A DNA stretch of 64,000 nt from an uncultured Chthonomonadaceae bacterium (lineage in GTDB: Bacteria; Armatimonadota; Chthonomonadetes; Chthonomonadales; Chthonomonadaceae): assembly GCA_963817895.1 (NCBI GenBank), contig CAWFQB010000003.1:320001-384000 (forward strand), written 5' to 3'. How positions within the stretch are numbered: the stretch's first letter is position 1; each line of letters begins with the position of its first letter. Below the pieces are notes generated by a model, which had not been told where the DNA came from, did not search any database, and saw only the letters and a program-made list of their open reading frames with translations. The position numbers and the translations under genes are program-made. Positions 59,679 through 64,000 of the stretch are shown here, piece after piece.

Positions 59679-60156
59679 TTTCGCGTTTTGAGCGAACGGT
59701 TCCGCCACCCGACGTTTCCGGCGGGTATGCCGCCTTTCGCCCCTATGTCCGCGCCGATTTTCGGCAGTGCTGCGCGTATTGTTGTCTGCACGAGTTCTGG
59801 ACAGGCGGTGTCGGCAATTTCGAGATGGATCACTACCGTCCCGTGAGTCGTTTTCCGCACCTGGTACGCGACTTCTACAACCCTCGCTATGCCTGTCATG
59901 TCTGCAATATGACAAAGTCGGACTACTGGCCCTCACCGGAGGCGGAAGCCGCAGGCGTCGGAGTTGTGGATTTGATACCGGCACGTTCGCTGATCATTAC
60001 CAACTGGCAGAAAGCGGCATCCTTCAGCCCGTGACGGCATCGGCGCAGGTCACTATTTCTCTGTTGCGCCTGAACACCGAGCATCTTACGCAATTGCGAG
60101 CGTTCATTCTTCACAACCAATGGGAAATGGACGCATCCCCCATACCTAATACCTGA
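59675..60156 (+). CDS. HNH endonuclease; frameshift near 59985
   Basis: CAYC, EMDHYRP, N..YACHVCNMTK. Confidence 0.8.
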
Positions 60157-60189
60157 AAAACATAAATACCTGAACACCGGAGTTTCGTG

Positions 60190-60957
60190 ATGAACATACA
60201 AGAAGCGTTGTATGAATTGGGAGTGCGCGACGATACGCTTTCTGAAAAAGAGAAGGCGCAATTGGATCGTGACGGCTTTCTGCCCCTGCGCGGCGTGTTG
60301 AGCGGGGAACAGATTGAGGCGTTGCGGCAGCGGCAGGCGGAATTGCTGGCGGATGAGGGCGACAACGCGGGCAAGGAGGTGCATCAGGAAGCGGGAACCG
60401 ATCGGCTTTCCGACCTGATTAACAAAGACCCGATGTACCATATCGTCTTAACCACCCCGCGCCTGCTGGCCGGAATCGCGCATGTGCTGGAAGGCGACCT
60501 GAAACTCTCTTCGCTGAACAGCCGTTCCGCCCTGCCCGGTCAGGGCTTGCAGGCGCTTCATGCCGATTGGGGACGGTTGGAAACGCCGGGAACGTATCAG
60601 GTGTGCAACAGCATCTGGCTGCTCGATGATTTCACGCCCGAAAACGGCGCCACTCGCGTGGTTCCCGGCACACACGCGACCGGCAAAGTACCCTCTGATA
60701 CCATGAAAGACCCGCGCGAAACCCACCCGGATGAGATGCTGGTACTGGGTAAGGCCGGCGATGTGGTGATTTTCAACTCGCATACGTGGCACGGCGGCAC
60801 GCTCAACCACACAGACCATCCCCGCCGCGCCCTGCACGGCTACTTCTGCCGCCGCTGCCACCCGCCGCAACTGGATCAGAAAAAATACCTGCGCCCCGAA
60901 ACCGCCGCGCAGTTAAGCGCAGCGGCCCGCGTGGTGCTGGGCGTCGAAGGCGATTGA
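60190..60957 (+). CDS. Phytanoyl-CoA dioxygenase (PhyH) family protein
   Basis: LHAD, WLLDDFTPENGATRVVPGTH, HTWHGG. Confidence 0.9.
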   Translation: MNIQEALYELGVRDDTLSEKEKAQLDRDGFLPLRGVLSGEQIEALRQRQAELLADEGDNAGKEVHQEAGTDRLSDLINKDPMYHIVLTTPRLLAGIAHVLEGDLKLSSLNSRSALPGQGLQALHADWGRLETPGTYQVCNSIWLLDDFTPENGATRVVPGTHATGKVPSDTMKDPRETHPDEMLVLGKAGDVVIFNSHTWHGGTLNHTDHPRRALHGYFCRRCHPPQLDQKKYLRPETAAQLSAAARVVLGVEGD

Positions 60958-61002
60958 ACCAGAGAAAAGAAGAAAAGAAGAAAAGAAGAAAAGAAGATTG
61001 AG

Positions 61003-61150
61003 AAACCGCGAAACACACGAAATAAACGAAAAAAGACGAAATGCAAAAAATGGGAACTGGCTGTATCAATGCTGTTTCGACTGTTCTGCCCCTTTGCGGT
61101 TCTTTTCGGCTTTGTTCTTTTTTTCGTTTATTTCGTGTGTTTCGCGGTTT
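61003..61150. repeat. Long inverted repeat preceded by aaagaaga tandem repeats
   Basis: aaccgcgaaacacacgaaataaacgaaaaaag ... cttttttcgtttatttcgtgtgtttcgcggtt. Confidence 0.8.
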
Positions 61151-61188
61151 AGAAGTATCCTCTTCTCCTTTTGTGTACTGGAGGTTGT

Positions 61189-62495
61189 ATGGCGATTTTG
61201 GAACAGGATTTACCCGGTTTTATGGACGAAGACGCGCAGGCGCATATTGACCGCGTGATTGAGAAGTACAAGCAGCACATCAATCCCGGCCTGGCGCGAT
61301 TATTGCAATTCGGCGGGTTCGGGGATGTGGAGGATATCGGCGCAGGGCTGCGTGGTTACGATGCTTTCCGGGGCGCAGTATCTGGATTACGTGGGCGGGT
61401 TCGGCGTGTTCTCGTGCGGGCATCGGCATCCGCGCATTGTCGAGGCCGTGAAGCGGCAGTTGGACAAAATGCCGCTTTCCACGCGCACGTTTTTCAGCGA
61501 ACCGCAGGTGGAGTTGGCGGAAAAGCTGGCCGAAATCACGCCCGGCGATTTGCAATACACGTTTTACTCCAACAGCGGAACCGAAGCGGTCGAGGCCGCG
61601 ATTGAAAATGGCGCGAATCGCGACCGGCAAAACCGATTTTATCAGTACGCATGGCGCGTATCACGGCAAAACGTTGGGCGCTCTGTCAGCAACCGGGCGC
61701 GAAAAATACCGGACGCCGTTTGCCCCGCTCGTGCCGGGATTTACGCACGTTCCGTTCAATGACGCGCAGGCGGTGGAGGAAGCGGTTACGGCGGCTACGT
61801 GCGCGGTGATTATCGAGCCGATACAGGGCGAGGGCGGAATCATCGTGCCGAACGCGGGCTATCTGGCTGAACTGCGCCGAATTTGTGACCGGCACGGCCT
61901 GCTGCTGATTGCCGATGAGGTGCAAACGGGCATGGGGCGCACGGGCCGGATGTTCGGCGTGAACCATGACGGCGTGACGCCCGATATTCTGTGTCTGGCG
62001 AAAGCGCTCGGCGGCGGCGTGATGCCCATTGGCGCAACCGTGTCCAACCAGAAGGTATGGGAAGGGACGTTTACGCATAATCCGTATATCCATACCAGCA
62101 CGTTCGGCGGCAACCAACTCGCCTGCGCTGCCGGACTGGCGACTCTGGACGTGATCGCGGATGAAAACCTGATTTCCCGCGCCCACGAGCGGGGCGAACA
62201 ATTGATGGCGGGACTGCGGCAGGCGCAGCAGGCCAATCCCGCCGCAATCAAAGCCGTTCGAGGTCAGGGCTTGATGGTGGGAGTTGAGTTCGAGATCAAG
62301 GACATGGCGGAATTGACCATCAATCTGCTGGCGGGCGAGGGAATCATTGCCGCCTACACCCTCAACAACCCCAATGTGATTCGTATGGAACCGCCCCTCA
62401 TCGTTTCCCCGGCGCAAATTGACCGGGCCGTAAACGCCTTCGGGCAGGCGGTATCATCGGCGGCAAATCTGCTGTCGGGTTTGGAAGAAGAGTAG
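61189..62495 (+). CDS. Class III aminotransferase (putrescine/acetylornithine type); frameshifted
   Basis: NSGTEAVEAA, YHGKT, IEPIQGEGG, ADEVQTGMGRTG, AKALGGG, STFGGN. Confidence 0.9.
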
Positions 62496-62628
62496 AATTA
62501 CACCTTTTGCAAGGGGTTGAAACCCCTGTTTATATGGCGTTCTACTAGATTTTATCGGATGCTGTTTCAATCTACAATTCACTACCGGAAAAAGGCTAAC
62601 ATTGCAGATTCATTTAGAAGGAGAGAAC

Positions 62629-63719
62629 ATGCGCGCAAGTGTGATACAGACAATGAGGTTTGGGAAACTGCTGACCGGATTCGGATTGGCGATGCTGACA
62701 TTGGGTGGGTGCAGCAAGGAAGAACCCGCTTCCAACAATGCCGCCACGCCCGCGCCAATGAAAACGGCGGACAAGGGCAATCCGACCGCAACGCCCGACA
62801 CAAACGGCAAGAAGAAGATTCTGTTCGTGTTCAAAGTGGGCGGAATTTCCTACAGCACAGCCTGCGAAGCGGGCGCGAAGCAGGCCAACGACGATACCAG
62901 CCTGAACGCGGAAGTGGATTATCAGGCGTCCACCGAGGGCACGGCGGAAAAGCAGAACGACATTATCGAGCAGGCGATTGTGTCCAAAGTGGACGCGATT
63001 GTCGTATCCCCCGTGGATGCCAACGCCATCGTTCCCGTGCTGAACAAAGCCGCCGACGCGGGCATCAAAGTGTTTACGTGGGACGCGGACTCGCCAGGCA
63101 AGCAAGCGATTGTTCTATTTCGCGGCTGTGGATGATGTTAAAATCGGGGCGGATGTCGCGGACGCGCTTGCCAATTCGGTGGACGCGAAGGGCAAAGTGC
63201 TGCTGGTCAGCGGGCATCAAACGGCGGAAAACCTGAACCTGCACCTGAAAGGGATGCAGGAGGGTTTCAAGAAGTACCCCAACATCAAAGTGGTCACGCC
63301 CACCATTTACAACGACGACGATCTCGAATCAGGCCAAATCCAAAACCCTGACCGCGCTGCAGGCCGACTCGGATGTGGTTGGAATCGCCTGCGCCAACTC
63401 CGTCAGCCCGCACGGCGCGGGCGAAGCCGTGAAAACGGCGGGCAAAATCGGCAAAATCAAGGTGTGGGGATTGGGCCTGCCGAGCGAAAACAAGCCGTAT
63501 CTGATGGACGGCTCCGTGACCGGCCTGTACCTGTGGGACCCGAAACAACTAACCTACGTCACCGCCAAACTGGTACGCGCCGCGCTGGACGGCAAAATGC
63601 CTGCCGATGGCGACAGCGTAGACGGCGTGGAGGGCAAACTTCAGGTAAAGGACCAGATCGTCACCCTGCCCCTCCGTCTGGAAATCAACAAAGACAACGT
63701 AGAGAAGATGACGTTTTAG
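62629..63719 (+). CDS. Sugar ABC substrate-binding lipoprotein (LsrB/RhaS-like); frameshifted
   Basis: LGGC lipobox, VDAIVVSPVD, GIKVFTWDAD, GLGLPS, LWDP. Confidence 0.85.
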
Positions 63720-63754
63720 AGTGGCAGTATTGTGGTTGGCCTGTGAGTACCTCT

Positions 63755-63801
63755 ACAAAACCTCCCTCACTGACGATTTTGCCAGTGAGGGAGGTTTTGC
63801 A
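63755..63801. terminator. Strong hairpin after the binding-protein gene
   Basis: caaaacctccctcactg ... cagtgagggaggttttg. Confidence 0.65.
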
Positions 63802-64000
63802 GGGACAAGAAGAGCGTCCAACCGTCGTAATCGCGGTTAATGTTTCGTGCCGCCTAACAGCCGGTAGAACCTGGAGGTTTCCACATGGATTTTTTCTACA
63901 GCCTTCAATCCGTCTTCAGCCTTCTTACGCATATCTCGATAAGTAGCCGATTTCGTGCTCAGATTAGGCACTTGCAAGGCGACCTGAATCTCACTCAGGC

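Noticed and set aside
46474..60156. Prophage or integrative element anchored at the tRNA-like genes
   Set aside because: No integrase, att duplication, structural or conjugation genes
63810..64000. Feature at the right window edge
   Set aside because: Too little sequence to support a call

Overview
GC-rich bacterial chromosomal segment. Gene content suggests Armatimonadota (Chthonomonadetes-like); this is an inference from the prepilin/H-X9-DG protein, BTAD-ATPase-TPR regulator, HAF-repeat protein and terrabacterial-type RpoB/RpoC. Housekeeping genes include a glutamate dehydrogenase, ileS, pdxA, a stand-alone rpoBC, an AddB-like nuclease, M16/M48 peptidases and transporters. There are two complete IS elements (IS982-like, ISAzo13-like) and several small nuclease-fold modules. 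Many genes, including essential ileS and rpoC, are split by 1-bp indels, most likely long-read assembly errors. Main unexplained signals: (1) three tandem tRNA-like RNAs (53424-53739, minus) sharing one non-canonical body but with different anticodon arms (CAT, GCA, TTC); (2) 7-9-mer tandem/inverted repeat elements inserted into proteins and intergenic DNA, one type of which hosts both IS elements; (3) an Ile-rich leader-peptide attenuator upstream of ileS; (4) a ~190-nt rod-like ncRNA candidate with a consensus promoter and terminator; (5) lineage-specific RNA polymerase insertions, including one in the trigger loop. Frameshift positions given are approximate.
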